Source: Mycobacterium leprae TN (GTDB taxonomy: Bacteria; Actinomycetota; Actinomycetes; Mycobacteriales; Mycobacteriaceae). From it: 32,000 nucleotides of DNA. The notes below the pieces were generated by a model that made no database searches, was not told the origin of the DNA, and was given only the letters and a program-made list of their open reading frames with translations. Below, piece after piece: positions 12,930 to 24,009 of the stretch. Position numbers and translations under genes: made by a program. Location: contig NC_002677.1 of assembly GCF_000195855.1 (NCBI RefSeq), positions 1,950,001 through 1,982,000 on the forward strand, in the 5' to 3' direction. The first letter of the stretch is position 1. Every line of letters begins with the position of its first letter.

Positions 12930-14276
12930 CTACAACGACAGGTAAGTCTTCAGCTCATAAAGCGAGACATGACTGCGATAGTTAGCCCATTCCGCACGCT
13001 TATTACGCAAGAAAAAGTCAAAAACATGCTCCCCCAAGGCTTCCGCGACAAACTCGGAGACCTCCATGGCACCAAGAGCACTGTCAAGACTGGTTGGCAA
13101 TTCTCGGTATCCCATCGCGAGCCTTTCTTCGGGCGTGAGATCCCAGACATTGTCCTCGGCCTGCGGCCCCAGCACGTAACCCTTCTCCACCCCACGCAAG
13201 CCAGCGGCCAGCAGCACGGCGAACGCTAGGTAGGGGTTGCACGCTGAATCGGGACTGCGCACCTCGACCCGCCGCGAAGACGTCTTGTGCGGCGTGTACA
13301 TCGGCACCCTCACCAAGGCAGACCGGTTGGCCGCCCCCCACGAGGCAGTGGTGGGTGCTTCGCCGCCAACCACCAGCCGTTTGTAGGAATTGACCCACTG
13401 ATTGGTGACCGCGCTAATCTCGGAGGCATGCTCAAGTATCCCAGCAATGAACGACTTGCCCACATCCGACAACTGTAACGGATCGTCGTCGCTGTGGAAG
13501 GCGTTCACGTCACCCTCGAACAAGCTCATATGGGTGTGCATCGCTGAGCCAGGGTGCTGCGCGAATGGCTTGGGCATGAATGACGCCCGAGCGCCGTTTT
13601 CGATCGCGACTTCTTTGATGACGTAACGGAAAGTCATCACGTTATCGGCCATCGACAGTGCGTCGGCGAAGCGCAGATCGATCTCCTGCTGGCCGGGCGC
13701 GCCTTCATGGTGACTGAACTCCACCGAGATACCCATGAATTCCAGGGCCTCGATTGCGTGCCGGCGAAAGTTCAACGCGGAGTCGTGCACCGCTTGGTCA
13801 AAATAGCCGGCGTTGTCGACTGGAACTGGAATGGGCATCGACCCGTCCTCAGGCCCCGCCTTGAGGAGGAAGAATTCGATTTCGGGATGGACGTAGCAAG
13901 AAAAGCCAAGGTCGTTGGCCTTTGTCAGCTGACGCCGCAAAACGTGTCGAGGGTCCGCCCACGATGACGAGCCGTCCGGCATAGTGATGTCGCAGAACAT
14001 CCGCGCCGAGTGGTGGTGTCCGGCGGTGGTAGCCCAGGGCAGGATCTGAAAGGTCGACGGATCCGGATGCGCCACGGTGTCGGATTCCGAGACCCGCGCA
14101 AAGCCCTCGATCGAGGATCCGTCGAAGCCGATGCCTTCCTCGAAGGCACCTTCTAACTCGGCGGGAGCAATCGCGACCGACTTGAGGTAACCAAGCACGT
14201 CGGTGAACCACAGGCGCACGAAGCGGATGTCCCGCTCCTCAAGCGTGCGCAGCACAAATTCCTTCTGTCGATCCAT
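12930..14276 (-). CDS. glnA2: Glutamine synthetase, GlnA2 type
   Basis: MDRQKEFVLRTLEERDIRFVRLWFTDVLGYLKSV...; GS motifs FDGSSIEGFARV, KPFAQHPGSAMHTHMSL, NRSALVRVP, RRVEVRSPDSACNPYL. Start placed at MDRQKE. Confidence 0.97.
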   Translation of the reverse strand: MDRQKEFVLRTLEERDIRFVRLWFTDVLGYLKSVAIAPAELEGAFEEGIGFDGSSIEGFARVSESDTVAHPDPSTFQILPWATTAGHHHSARMFCDITMPDGSSSWADPRHVLRRQLTKANDLGFSCYVHPEIEFFLLKAGPEDGSMPIPVPVDNAGYFDQAVHDSALNFRRHAIEALEFMGISVEFSHHEGAPGQQEIDLRFADALSMADNVMTFRYVIKEVAIENGARASFMPKPFAQHPGSAMHTHMSLFEGDVNAFHSDDDPLQLSDVGKSFIAGILEHASEISAVTNQWVNSYKRLVVGGEAPTTASWGAANRSALVRVPMYTPHKTSSRRVEVRSPDSACNPYLAFAVLLAAGLRGVEKGYVLGPQAEDNVWDLTPEERLAMGYRELPTSLDSALGAMEVSEFVAEALGEHVFDFFLRNKRAEWANYRSHVSLYELKTYLSL

Positions 14277-14372
14277 AACTCGCACATTATGCAACTGTTG
14301 TTAATCCGGTATTGCCGGACCAGCCCATTAGCGTTGCTCAGTTCCCAGTTAAACAGCCGTTTATGAATCAGC

Positions 14373-15899
14373 TTAGGGCTGACATTGTAAGGACGCCGGT
14401 AGCAACGTCTCGTCCACGAAATAATGCACCACCGCGCTATCCACACACTGGTCGCCGTTGAACACCGCGGTGTGCTGGGTTCCGTCGTAGGTGATCAGCG
14501 GGCTGCTCAGCTCGCGAGCCAGGTCTACCCCGGCCTGATATGGAGTGGCCGGGTCGTGCGTTGTGGAGACCACGACAACCTTGCCCGGCGCGACCGGCGG
14601 CGCGGGGTGCGGCATCGATGTCGCCGGCACCGGCCACAGTGCACAGATATCGCGGGGAGCGTTGCCGGTGAATTGCCCGTAGTTGAGGAACGGAGCGGCC
14701 TGGCGTATCTGCTGATCGGCCGATACCCAGCTCGCCGAGTCGGTTGGCACCGGCGCGTCGACGCAGCGGATCGCGTTAAACGCGTCCTGGTCGTTGGTGT
14801 AGTGCCCATTGCGGTCCCGGCCGTTGTAGTCGTCGGCGAGCAATAGCAGGTCACCGGCGTCGGTGCCACGCTGCAGCCCAAGCAAGCCACTGGTCAGGTA
14901 TTTCCAGTGCACCGGGGTGTAGAGCGCATTAATGGTGCCGGTGGTCGCGTCAGCGTAGCCCAGGCCGCGTGGATCCGACGTCCGACCCGGCTTGGTAACC
15001 AACGGGTCGATCAGCGCATGGTATCGGTTGACCCATTGGCTGGGGTCAGTGCCCAGTGGACAGGACGCCGAGCGGGCGCAGTCCGCGGCATAGTCGGTAA
15101 ATGCGATCTGGAATCCGGCCATTTGCTGGATGTCTTTCTGGATTGAGCTAACACTCGGGTCAATAGCGCCGTCAAGCACCATCGCCCGCACATGGTCGCT
15201 GAACCGCTCGAGATAGGCGGTACCCAATTCGGTGCCGTAGCTATAACCGAGGTAATTGATCTGCTCGTCTCCCAGAGCCAGGCGAACTATATCCATGTCG
15301 CGCGCGGCCGAGGCAGTTCCCACGTTCGCCAAAAATGCGGTGCCGACCCGGGCAACACACTGTTGAGCGAGCTGCTTGTAGACTTGCTCGATGTGCGCCA
15401 CACCGGCCGGGCTGTAGTCAACCATCGGTTCGGTCCGGTACGCGTCGAACTCAACGTCAGTGCGACACCGAAGCGCCGGGGTTGAGTGGCCGACTCCTCG
15501 CGGGTCGAACCCCACCAGGTCGAAGTGACGGCCAATATCGGTACGTTGTAGCCCTGGTATCATTTCGGCGACCATGTCAACCGCGGACGCCCCGGGTCCT
15601 CCCGGATTGAACAGCAGCGATCCGATCCGCTGGCCAGTCGCTGGAGCGCGGATGACCGCCAATTCGGCGTGCACCCCATCAGGATTGTTGTAGTCGACCG
15701 GCACCGACACCGTTGCACACCGTGCCGAGGGGATGTCGCTAGTGTCGGACAGGAACACACTGCAATTACCCCAGTTCTGCTCCGGCACCGGGCTAGGAGT
15801 CTGCTCTGGGCTGGCACCAACCACCGGCGGTGTCATTGCCGGTTGCAGCAACAGCCCTAACGAAAGCAGCGCCGAGCTCAACGATCTCAGGCTCGGCAT
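14373..15899 (-). CDS. Secreted alpha/beta-hydrolase (TAP-like) serine protease, Rv2223c-like
   Basis: N-terminal signal peptide (MPSLRSLSSALLSLGLLLQPAM...), NPGGPGAS, nucleophile elbow LGYSYGT, THDPATP and GTQHTAV catalytic Asp/His regions. Confidence 0.93.
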   Translation of the reverse strand: MPSLRSLSSALLSLGLLLQPAMTPPVVGASPEQTPSPVPEQNWGNCSVFLSDTSDIPSARCATVSVPVDYNNPDGVHAELAVIRAPATGQRIGSLLFNPGGPGASAVDMVAEMIPGLQRTDIGRHFDLVGFDPRGVGHSTPALRCRTDVEFDAYRTEPMVDYSPAGVAHIEQVYKQLAQQCVARVGTAFLANVGTASAARDMDIVRLALGDEQINYLGYSYGTELGTAYLERFSDHVRAMVLDGAIDPSVSSIQKDIQQMAGFQIAFTDYAADCARSASCPLGTDPSQWVNRYHALIDPLVTKPGRTSDPRGLGYADATTGTINALYTPVHWKYLTSGLLGLQRGTDAGDLLLLADDYNGRDRNGHYTNDQDAFNAIRCVDAPVPTDSASWVSADQQIRQAAPFLNYGQFTGNAPRDICALWPVPATSMPHPAPPVAPGKVVVVSTTHDPATPYQAGVDLARELSSPLITYDGTQHTAVFNGDQCVDSAVVHYFVDETLLPASLQCQP

Positions 15900-15982
15900 G
15901 GCTACCATCGTTGCATTCTCGTATACCCACAGCAGCGCGAAAAGGTCACGCGTTGGTCACGTCAATCTGTTGTCGTCAGGCT

Positions 15983-17539
15983 TCAGCACTTCGCCCCGCT
16001 CGGCGGCGTGGTGCCGCCAATCAGATACTCCGTCACGTAGTCGTCAACGCAGCTGTCGCCTTGGAAAACCACGGTGTGCTGGGTTCCGTCAAATGTGAGC
16101 AACGAACCCCGAAGCTGGTTCGCCAAATCTACCCCGGCCTTATACGGTGTCGCCGGATCATGAGTGGTCGACACCACCACTGTCGGCGCCAAGCCGGGCG
16201 CCGAGACAATGTGCGGCTTGCTGGTCGGTGGTACCGGCCAGAACGCGCAAGTGCCCAGCGGCGCGTCACCGGTGAACTTCCCGTAGCTCATGAAAGGTGC
16301 AACCTCCCGTGAACGGCGATCTTCATCTATGACCTTAGCCCGGTCCGTAATCGGGGGCTGATCAACGCAATTAACTGCCACCCGTGCATCGGTGGCGTTA
16401 GTGTAATGGCCTTGCGAGTCACGACGCATGTACATATCAGCCAAGGCAAGCAGGGTATCTCCGCGATGGTCGACCAGCTCGGAAAGACCGTCGGTGAGGT
16501 GGTGCCACAGCGTGGGCGAGTACAGCGTCATGATGGTGCCTACGATCGCATCGCTATAACTCAACCCGCGCGGGTCCTTCGTCGGTGCGGGCCTGCTAAC
16601 CATCGGGTTATTGGGGTCGACCAGCGGGTTGACCAAGTTGTGATAGACGTCGACGGCTTTGGCCGGGTCGGCGCCAAGCGGGCAAGACAGTTTCCTCGCA
16701 CAGTCTGCGGCATAGTTGTTGAACGCGTCTTGGAATCCCTTGGCCTGGCGCAGATCCGCCTCGATGGGATCGGCGTTGGGGTCGACAGCGCCATCGAGAA
16801 TCATCGAACGCACGTTCTGCGGATAGGCTTCAGCGTAGGCCGCACCGATCCGGGTACCGTACGAATAGCCGAGATAGGTCAGCTTGTCGTCACCCAACGC
16901 TGCCCGGATGGCATCGAGATCCTTGGCGACGTTGACCGTCCCGATGTTTTCCAGGAATATCTTGCCCATCTTGGCGATACAACGACCGATGAACTGCTTA
17001 GTCTCATCCTCGATGTGTGCCACACCCGCCGGGCTGTAGTCGACCTGGGACTCGGATCGCAACCGGTCGTTGTCGGCATCGGAGTTACACCAGACCGCGG
17101 GCCTCGATGCTCCCACCCCACGGGGGTCAAACCCAACCAGGTCAAAACGTTCGCGAACCCGCTTCGGCAACGTCTGAACAACGCCCAACGCAGCCTCGAT
17201 GCCGGACTCGCCGGGCCCCCCAGGGTTGATGACCAGCGAACCCATCCTGTCACCGGTCGCGGGAAAGCGAATCATCGCCAGCGCCGCTACATCATCATCG
17301 TGGTGGTCATAGTCGACCGGCACGGCAAGCTTTCCGCACAACGCGCCACCGGGGAGTTTCACCGCGGGGTTGCTAGGACGACACGGTGCCCACGCCACCG
17401 GCTCGCCCAGTTTCGGCCCAGCCATCAGAGCACGCCCGCTAACAACACGGACACAGCCAGCGAGAACCAGCGCTACGGCCGCGATCGCAGTCCCAAGCAG
17501 CAGCATACGCGCGATCTTGTCACGATAAGACAGGGCCAT
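15983..17539 (-). CDS. caeA: Exported alpha/beta-hydrolase protease (CaeA/Hip1, Rv2224c-like)
   Basis: MALSYRDKIARMLLLGTAIAAVALVLAGCVR (lipobox LAGC), NPGGPGESG, LGYSYGTRIG, THDPATPYK, GTQHTVVFQGDSC. Start placed at MALSYRDK rather than the ORF-track start at 17590. Confidence 0.94.
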   Translation of the reverse strand: MALSYRDKIARMLLLGTAIAAVALVLAGCVRVVSGRALMAGPKLGEPVAWAPCRPSNPAVKLPGGALCGKLAVPVDYDHHDDDVAALAMIRFPATGDRMGSLVINPGGPGESGIEAALGVVQTLPKRVRERFDLVGFDPRGVGASRPAVWCNSDADNDRLRSESQVDYSPAGVAHIEDETKQFIGRCIAKMGKIFLENIGTVNVAKDLDAIRAALGDDKLTYLGYSYGTRIGAAYAEAYPQNVRSMILDGAVDPNADPIEADLRQAKGFQDAFNNYAADCARKLSCPLGADPAKAVDVYHNLVNPLVDPNNPMVSRPAPTKDPRGLSYSDAIVGTIMTLYSPTLWHHLTDGLSELVDHRGDTLLALADMYMRRDSQGHYTNATDARVAVNCVDQPPITDRAKVIDEDRRSREVAPFMSYGKFTGDAPLGTCAFWPVPPTSKPHIVSAPGLAPTVVVSTTHDPATPYKAGVDLANQLRGSLLTFDGTQHTVVFQGDSCVDDYVTEYLIGGTTPPSGAKC

Positions 17540-19127
17540 GCTCACATATGCTGCCAGAGAGGGCTTCGGTTCCTGGTGAGCGGCCGTCACCTAAGTAGCT
17601 ACTAGATGGCTGCGAGCAGTTCTCCATAAACCGATGCTGGACTCGTCCGACCATCTACACATAAAGTCCGGCAGCAGTTCCAGGCAGGATATGAGCCCGC
17701 ATCGAAGTTTCCGTTCAGCGGTATCACGGTGACCTTAAGACCTGCACCGCAAAAAAATCGGCCCCAACGGATACATCGCTTTGACCTCACAACCCAGCAT
17801 GTACAACGGCAACTGGGGACCGAACACATTGGAGACCATCGAGTTATGCACCAGCAGGCTCTCAGGCAATCGGGTTCGAGCGTAGAGTCGTATCACCACT
17901 TCGAGAACTCTAACACGGCAAACTACGACCAATCCTGCAACAGGATGGCGCTGATAGCCGAACTGTTTCTTGGCAACAGAATTCACTTGCACGATAGCGT
18001 TCAGTCGTTCTACTAGATCGGCAAAGTGGGTCTGTAATCATGGATACCACACCCCGAAACCCGTTTGCTAACAGGCTGATTGGACTGTCATGCAAGGAGA
18101 TTGGCACCCGAGCCACCAGTGACGAATCGGGCAACGCGTTGCGCTCACCCGAAATTTTGTCAAAGCACCCCGAAAACAATTCTATTACCGCGTCATTGAC
18201 CTTGACACCGAAGTGATTATTCACCGTTTTAATCTCCTCAAGAGCCAGTTCAACGTAAACGATGTTGCAGTGGCCGTTTATTGCGCGAATTGCACGGCGT
18301 TCGGGGCGCTGTGAACGGACGCGCCATGGTCAGGCCGTCGCGATCACCGAGGACACCGTTCCGGGCAACATATTGACCAGAGCCAATGGCCGGATGGCTA
18401 AACCACAAGAACCCGCCCGCGGCGATCTACCAGCCAGTGACATAGTCGACGCAATCTACCAGGGTCCGGCGGGAGCTTATCAACTTCTGTGGCACACAGC
18501 CGCGACATGAGGTTGGCGCCAGTCAACCCGTCCAGGCCAGCACGGTGCACCTTGGTCATCACCCCCACGCGGCCGTCGTTGTGATGGTAGCCGGTACCAT
18601 CATGCCTTCGATCACCCACATCTCCCACAATGGTCGTCGGCGATCCACTGGCAGCTACGCTATATGGCCACAGATTTCCGAAAGTTTGGCCCGCTCTCCT
18701 GGAGGTGACAACCTGATGCAATGCAGATGGCGGTCCACATGGAAGTTCGGATCGTCCACCAAGACCGGACGGTCAAGGTTTAGCTAACTACTTTGGTGAG
18801 CCGTCCACGAAATTCCGGCATCGCCTTGATGCACAGCAATAGTGCGCACAGCCAGTCAAAGAGGTAGCCGGAAGGCATCGTCGAGGTGTCCACGTGCCAT
18901 AATCGAACAGACATGCATGGGCTGCGAGGAGGTCACCGGGTACAGGAAGCTGGCATCTAGCCCACTAAACCGCTGCATGCGTCGATGGTATGTCTCACAG
19001 AGCCAGATGGTGCAACTGCGCAAAAGAGATGGCAGACTATACAGGGTCAGACGAACCCGGGGACCCTACCGAACCAGCTTCTTCAGGGCCACGAGAAGCG
19101 AACCCGACCTAACCACAAAGGCCAGTG

Positions 19128-19988
19128 ATGTCTGAGCAGAATGTTAATGTTTATGGGGCTGATCCTTCTACATCCTCCATTCAATCAATACAGCGCACCA
19201 AAATACGCACCAAGCATCTCCAAAAAATGAAGGCCGAAGGCCACAAGTGGGCCATGCTGACAGCCTATGATTATTCGACTGCTCGGGTTTTCGACGAAGC
19301 CGGTATCCCGGTGTTGCTGGTGGGTGATTCAGCGGCCAACGTGGTGTACGGCTACGACACCACGGTGCCGGTTTCGGCCGACGAACTACTCCCGCTGGTT
19401 CGCGGCGTGGTGCGGGGTGCGGGGCACGCTCTGGTCGTCGCCGACCTGCCATTCGGCAGCTACGAACCCGGACCCACTGCCGCGCTGGCTGTCGCCACCC
19501 GATTTATGAAGGAGGGCGGTGCACACGCCGTAAAACTCGAAGGCGGCCAGCGGGTAGCTGAACAAATCGCGTGCCTGACCGCAGCAGGCATTCCGGTAAT
19601 GGCGCACATCGGATTCACACCGCAAAGCGTCAACAGCCTCGGCGGTTTCCGGGTACAGGGCCGCGGCGGCGACGCCGAACAAACCGTCGCTGATGCCGTT
19701 GCCGTTGCTGAAGCCGGAGCATTTTCCGTCGTAATGGAAATGGTGCCGACCGAGTTAGCCACCCAGATCACCGGCAAATTAACCATTCCGACAATCGGGA
19801 TCGGTGCGGGTCTTAACTGCGACGCCCAGGTCTTAGTTTGGCAAGATATGGCCGGTTTAAGCAGCGGTAAGGTGGCACGTTTCGTCAAGCAGTATGCTGA
19901 TATCGCTGGCGAGTTGCGGCGTGCCGCAATGCAGTACGCAGAGGAAGTGGCCAGCGCGGTTTTCCCTGCTGAGGAGCACTGCTTCTGA
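19128..19988 (+). CDS. panB: 3-methyl-2-oxobutanoate hydroxymethyltransferase PanB
   Basis: [12 protein letters not shown]...[55 protein letters not shown]...VKLEGG...[12 protein letters not shown]...[18 protein letters not shown]. Confidence 0.97.
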   Translation: MSEQNVNVYGADPSTSSIQSIQRTKIRTKHLQKMKAEGHKWAMLTAYDYSTARVFDEAGIPVLLVGDSAANVVYGYDTTVPVSADELLPLVRGVVRGAGHALVVADLPFGSYEPGPTAALAVATRFMKEGGAHAVKLEGGQRVAEQIACLTAAGIPVMAHIGFTPQSVNSLGGFRVQGRGGDAEQTVADAVAVAEAGAFSVVMEMVPTELATQITGKLTIPTIGIGAGLNCDAQVLVWQDMAGLSSGKVARFVKQYADIAGELRRAAMQYAEEVASAVFPAEEHCF

Positions 19989-20343
19989 AAAGCTAGCCGC
20001 GTCTCCGCGCAATCTCTCTAAAGTCGTTGGCCGACAAGTGTTTCCACACCGACTAGCAGGTCTTTTAGGTGTGGTCAGGATCGCAAAACAACGTACCTAA
20101 GCCAAGCTCAGCGCAGTGCCAAACGACATGACATATTGTACGACAAAATTTTCAGGCTGTCATCAGAAATGTCCTTGAGCTAACAGATACCATTACGCAC
20201 TATGGCCCGTCGCTGCTGGATGATGCGCCGGCGCGCAGGCTGCGACATTCACCAGTAACCACGCATATGTGCTATAGCACACCAGGGATTCCTGTTCTAC
20301 ATCCACCCAGGACTACGCCACAGAACCTTCATCGGAGGCGAAA

Positions 20344-21822
20344 ATGCGGATAAACGGGCCCAAAGATCGGGCCATTTGGAGGTGGAACGCAAGTTCGACG
20401 TGGTCGAGTCGACAGTGTCCCTGTCCTTCAAGGGCATCGCCGTGGTGGCTCGCGTCGAGAAGTTACCGACGCAATCTACTGGATGCTACTTATTTCGACA
20501 CGCCGAAGCAGGACCTGGCTCGCAATAACATTACCCTGCGGCGCCGCACTAGTGGCCCCGACGCAGGTTGGCATCTAAAGTTGCCGGCCAGAAGCGATGC
20601 CCGTATCGAGATCCGCGCACGCCTTTGGTCGCATACGGCTATACGGTGCCAACCGAGTTACTGGATGTGGTGCTGACCATTGTTCGCGACCGCCAGGTAA
20701 AGCCCATCGCGCGAAGCACCACTCAACGGAAAAGCCAAGTCCTGTAAGGAATCAACGGCACCTTGCTTGGCGTAATTCAACAAAGACTATGTCACCGCGT
20801 GGTCTGTCAGCAATTCGGCGAGCTCCGGTTGGGATCCGGCCGAACAACATTGGCTCGAATGGGAACTGAAATTCGTCAATGGGGACGCTAAATACGAGCT
20901 GTTGGATCGGCTAAGCAACCGACTGCTCGATGAAGGTGTCGTACCCGCCACTCACGACTCCAACCTGACGTGGACGCCTGACACAACGTCGCATCCGCAC
21001 GACACACGGCCCCCGAGGAGCCAATACACCAAACCTTAGCACAGCAAGTTGACGAACTGCTGGTCTGATACCGCGCCGTGCGCGCTTACACATAAGACGC
21101 CGTGCATCAGATGCGTGATTTCCGGGATTCGTTCGAATGGTCCAACGGCGCGTGGATCCTCAAAAACTGCGCGAGCTTGCTAGTTATCTTAAGCATGGCG
21201 CACGACACCGAGTTTCTTAGGAGCGGCTAACAACACCACTGAACCAGCGGGCACCGGAGCTGGTGCGTGAACCGGTACAGAAACGTCTGGTTGAGGGCGC
21301 GCAGCACCGCTATAAGACCGGTCTGCGGCAGTAGCTGATCGCTATGCAGTCGCAGCGACATTTCCGTCTGCTCGACGCCCTAAATTCGGTGATGGCCGAC
21401 ATCCCGGCCGGTCCGGTCGACGAAAAACCGGCACCTTGCACCGTTGATTCGGCCCACAAACGGGTCCGCAAGGCCGAGAAAGCTGCTGCCCAACAGAACA
21501 AAGCGGGCCAGGGCGGTAAACATCACATCGAATCCTTCAGTGCGCCAAGCTACTCCGCTACACCGCGGCACCGACCGGGGCGAACCACGTGTCACAGTAG
21601 GACAAGGCCATCCACACTTTGCTGGACAATCACCAAGACAGCGTAGTCAGCCGCGAACATCTGATTCACCAGACCGAGGCCATGAACACCGCCGGCGAGG
21701 ACACCTTATACCTATGGTCTGCTCTTCCCAGTTGGAGGCCAACCTGGCCGACTGTTGCCGTAAACAACTCGACGCAGTGCTGCGCAAAACTCGATAAGGC
21801 GGTGCGCAAAGCGTGGCGCTGA
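20344..21822 (+). pseudogene. CYTH/CHAD domain protein (Rv2226-like) pseudogene
   Basis: LEVERKFDVVEST...FKGIAVVARVEKLPTQS...YFDTPKQDLARNNITLRRRTSGPDAGWHLKLPARSDARIE split across frames; later fragments 'RHFRLLDALNSVMADIPAGPVDE' and terminal 'LRKTR*GGAQSVALS/KAWR'. Many frameshifts. Confidence 0.8.
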
Positions 21823-21847
21823 GCTGGGCCATCAAACCAAAAGATGA

Positions 21848-22270
<423 letters not shown>

Positions 22271-23239
22271 AATAAGCACGGTACTCGTTGCGGAGTTCCG
22301 GGGCCAGGGACAACATAGCTTGTTATCGGCAACGACCATCATTGTCATTGGAAAATGATGGTCAAGTTGGCCAAATAACACCAGCCGAGCTGTTTTTCGT
22401 CGAACATGAATAGTCTATCTGAGTAAGATACGCCGGCTCATTCCCTAGCAGATCGACCCGACTGAGCACACGAAGTACCACCGCGTCCGCAACCCGCTAT
22501 CACTCCGCGGGAAATAGCCCGCCGAGAGCTACCTGGTGCATAACGCCCACTAATGGCGCGTAGCTCTATACCCGAGAGCAACGGTCGAAGTGGCGGTCGT
22601 AACCGAGCTAAACCAATTCGACGTCGCGATACCCACGGCTACACCAGAAGCCGTTCGGCTGTGTTGACCAGTCAAGCATTGGTCGGGAATTCGGAACGTC
22701 GACAGGATCCGGCCATGCATCCAGGCGCACACGTTCATCCGGGATCCGATCCCGCATTAGCTGAAAACGCCAGTTGCTGTATCACCAGCCACTCAATGCA
22801 CATAACTACTCGCTTTTAAAAATATAGCGCATGCAATATCAACATTCCAGATCCCGTACGATTACGTCGTTTAGAATCAAAAAAACCAAAGGTGGTACAA
22901 TATGTGCAATCATTTTACGTAATCGATTCATGCCCAGTTTGTTGGGCTTGATTTGGTAGATATGACTGGACATAGTCGATATTCAGTGCTATACTTAGCA
23001 TAGTGGTCCACTTTGCATTGATTGCCACGCACCTGCTTTGAACATACACTTTGCCTGGATGAAGGCTACATGTAGTGCTCAACGCGCTGCACCACCGTAG
23101 CCACCGAGCGACTCAAACTGGTTGAGTTAACAACTGAGGGGAATCAGTATATTTTTGTGGACCCGGTTGTCAAGACCCTATTCAAAACCTATTCAATCCA
23201 GCATTGCCGGCAGGATCGCCGAGCTCCTAGCGATGGTTG

Positions 23240-23990
23240 GCCGCATCCTTATTCTGCCGTACCCGACGGTATCGCCTCAACGCAGCCGGAACCCGTTGCT
23301 CCAATTGGACTTTATGGCACTGCAGGACATCCGCTAATTTACGGCGCACAACTTCACCGGCGAACCCGTTGCCAGCTACAAGACGTCAAAGTGCATTCTC
23401 ACTCGTGATGCAACCGAAGGACTCAAACGCACACAACAATAATTGGATCAGCGAAACTTCATCTTGAAAATATACAATTGCTGCCGTACACAGTGGACAG
23501 TTAACTACTTTGCCTCGTGGGTAACGATCGCAGCGATCAGCGGATGAAAGTCCAATTCTGCCCGTGCATCGACAAATCGACCATCTTCAGCGTCGGGTAA
23601 ATCGCCGAGCAGTCAAGACATAATCAGGGCAGCACGGTGGACTTCACGCTGGTGGCGCTCCTGGTCTATACCCGCCCAGCCGTACGTGGCCCAACAAGCC
23701 CCTAATCGATTACACCGCCACCGGGCCGTAGGGCGCGATTCTCAGACAAATCATATGGGATATAGGAATCAGCTTTGACTGCTTCAACGCCCTTGTCCAT
23801 ACGCTCGACCCGCGGATCCAGGGCGACCAACTCGCGAACCGGCTGACTACTTAAAGGACATACTTCAATCTCGAGGCTTCATCAACTACGAAAACGAGTG
23901 GCGGCATTACATCTACCAACCAGAGCGCCATCCTTACACCTATTTTACTTCCCGGTCTGCACTAATCGTCGCTTGGTTGATTTGGGTATG
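23240..23990 (+). pseudogene. VanX-type D-alanyl-D-alanine dipeptidase (M15D) pseudogene
   Basis: Plus-strand fragments in alternating frames: LDFMALQDIR*FTAHNFTGEPVASYKTSKCILTRDATEGLKRTQQ; IAEQSRHNQGSTVDFTLVAL (SxHxxGxxxD zinc motif); DIGISFDCFNALVHTLDPRI; LKDILQSRGFINYENEWRHYIYQPERHPYTYF (ExWH segment). Confidence 0.85.
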
Positions 23991-24009
23991 AGGATCGTTC
24001 CGACACGCT

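Noticed and set aside
16406-17605. 399-aa plus-strand ORF opposite caeA
   Set aside because: It is antisense to a gene with clear protease motifs and has no recognisable domain. Long antisense frames are common in GC-rich coding sequence.
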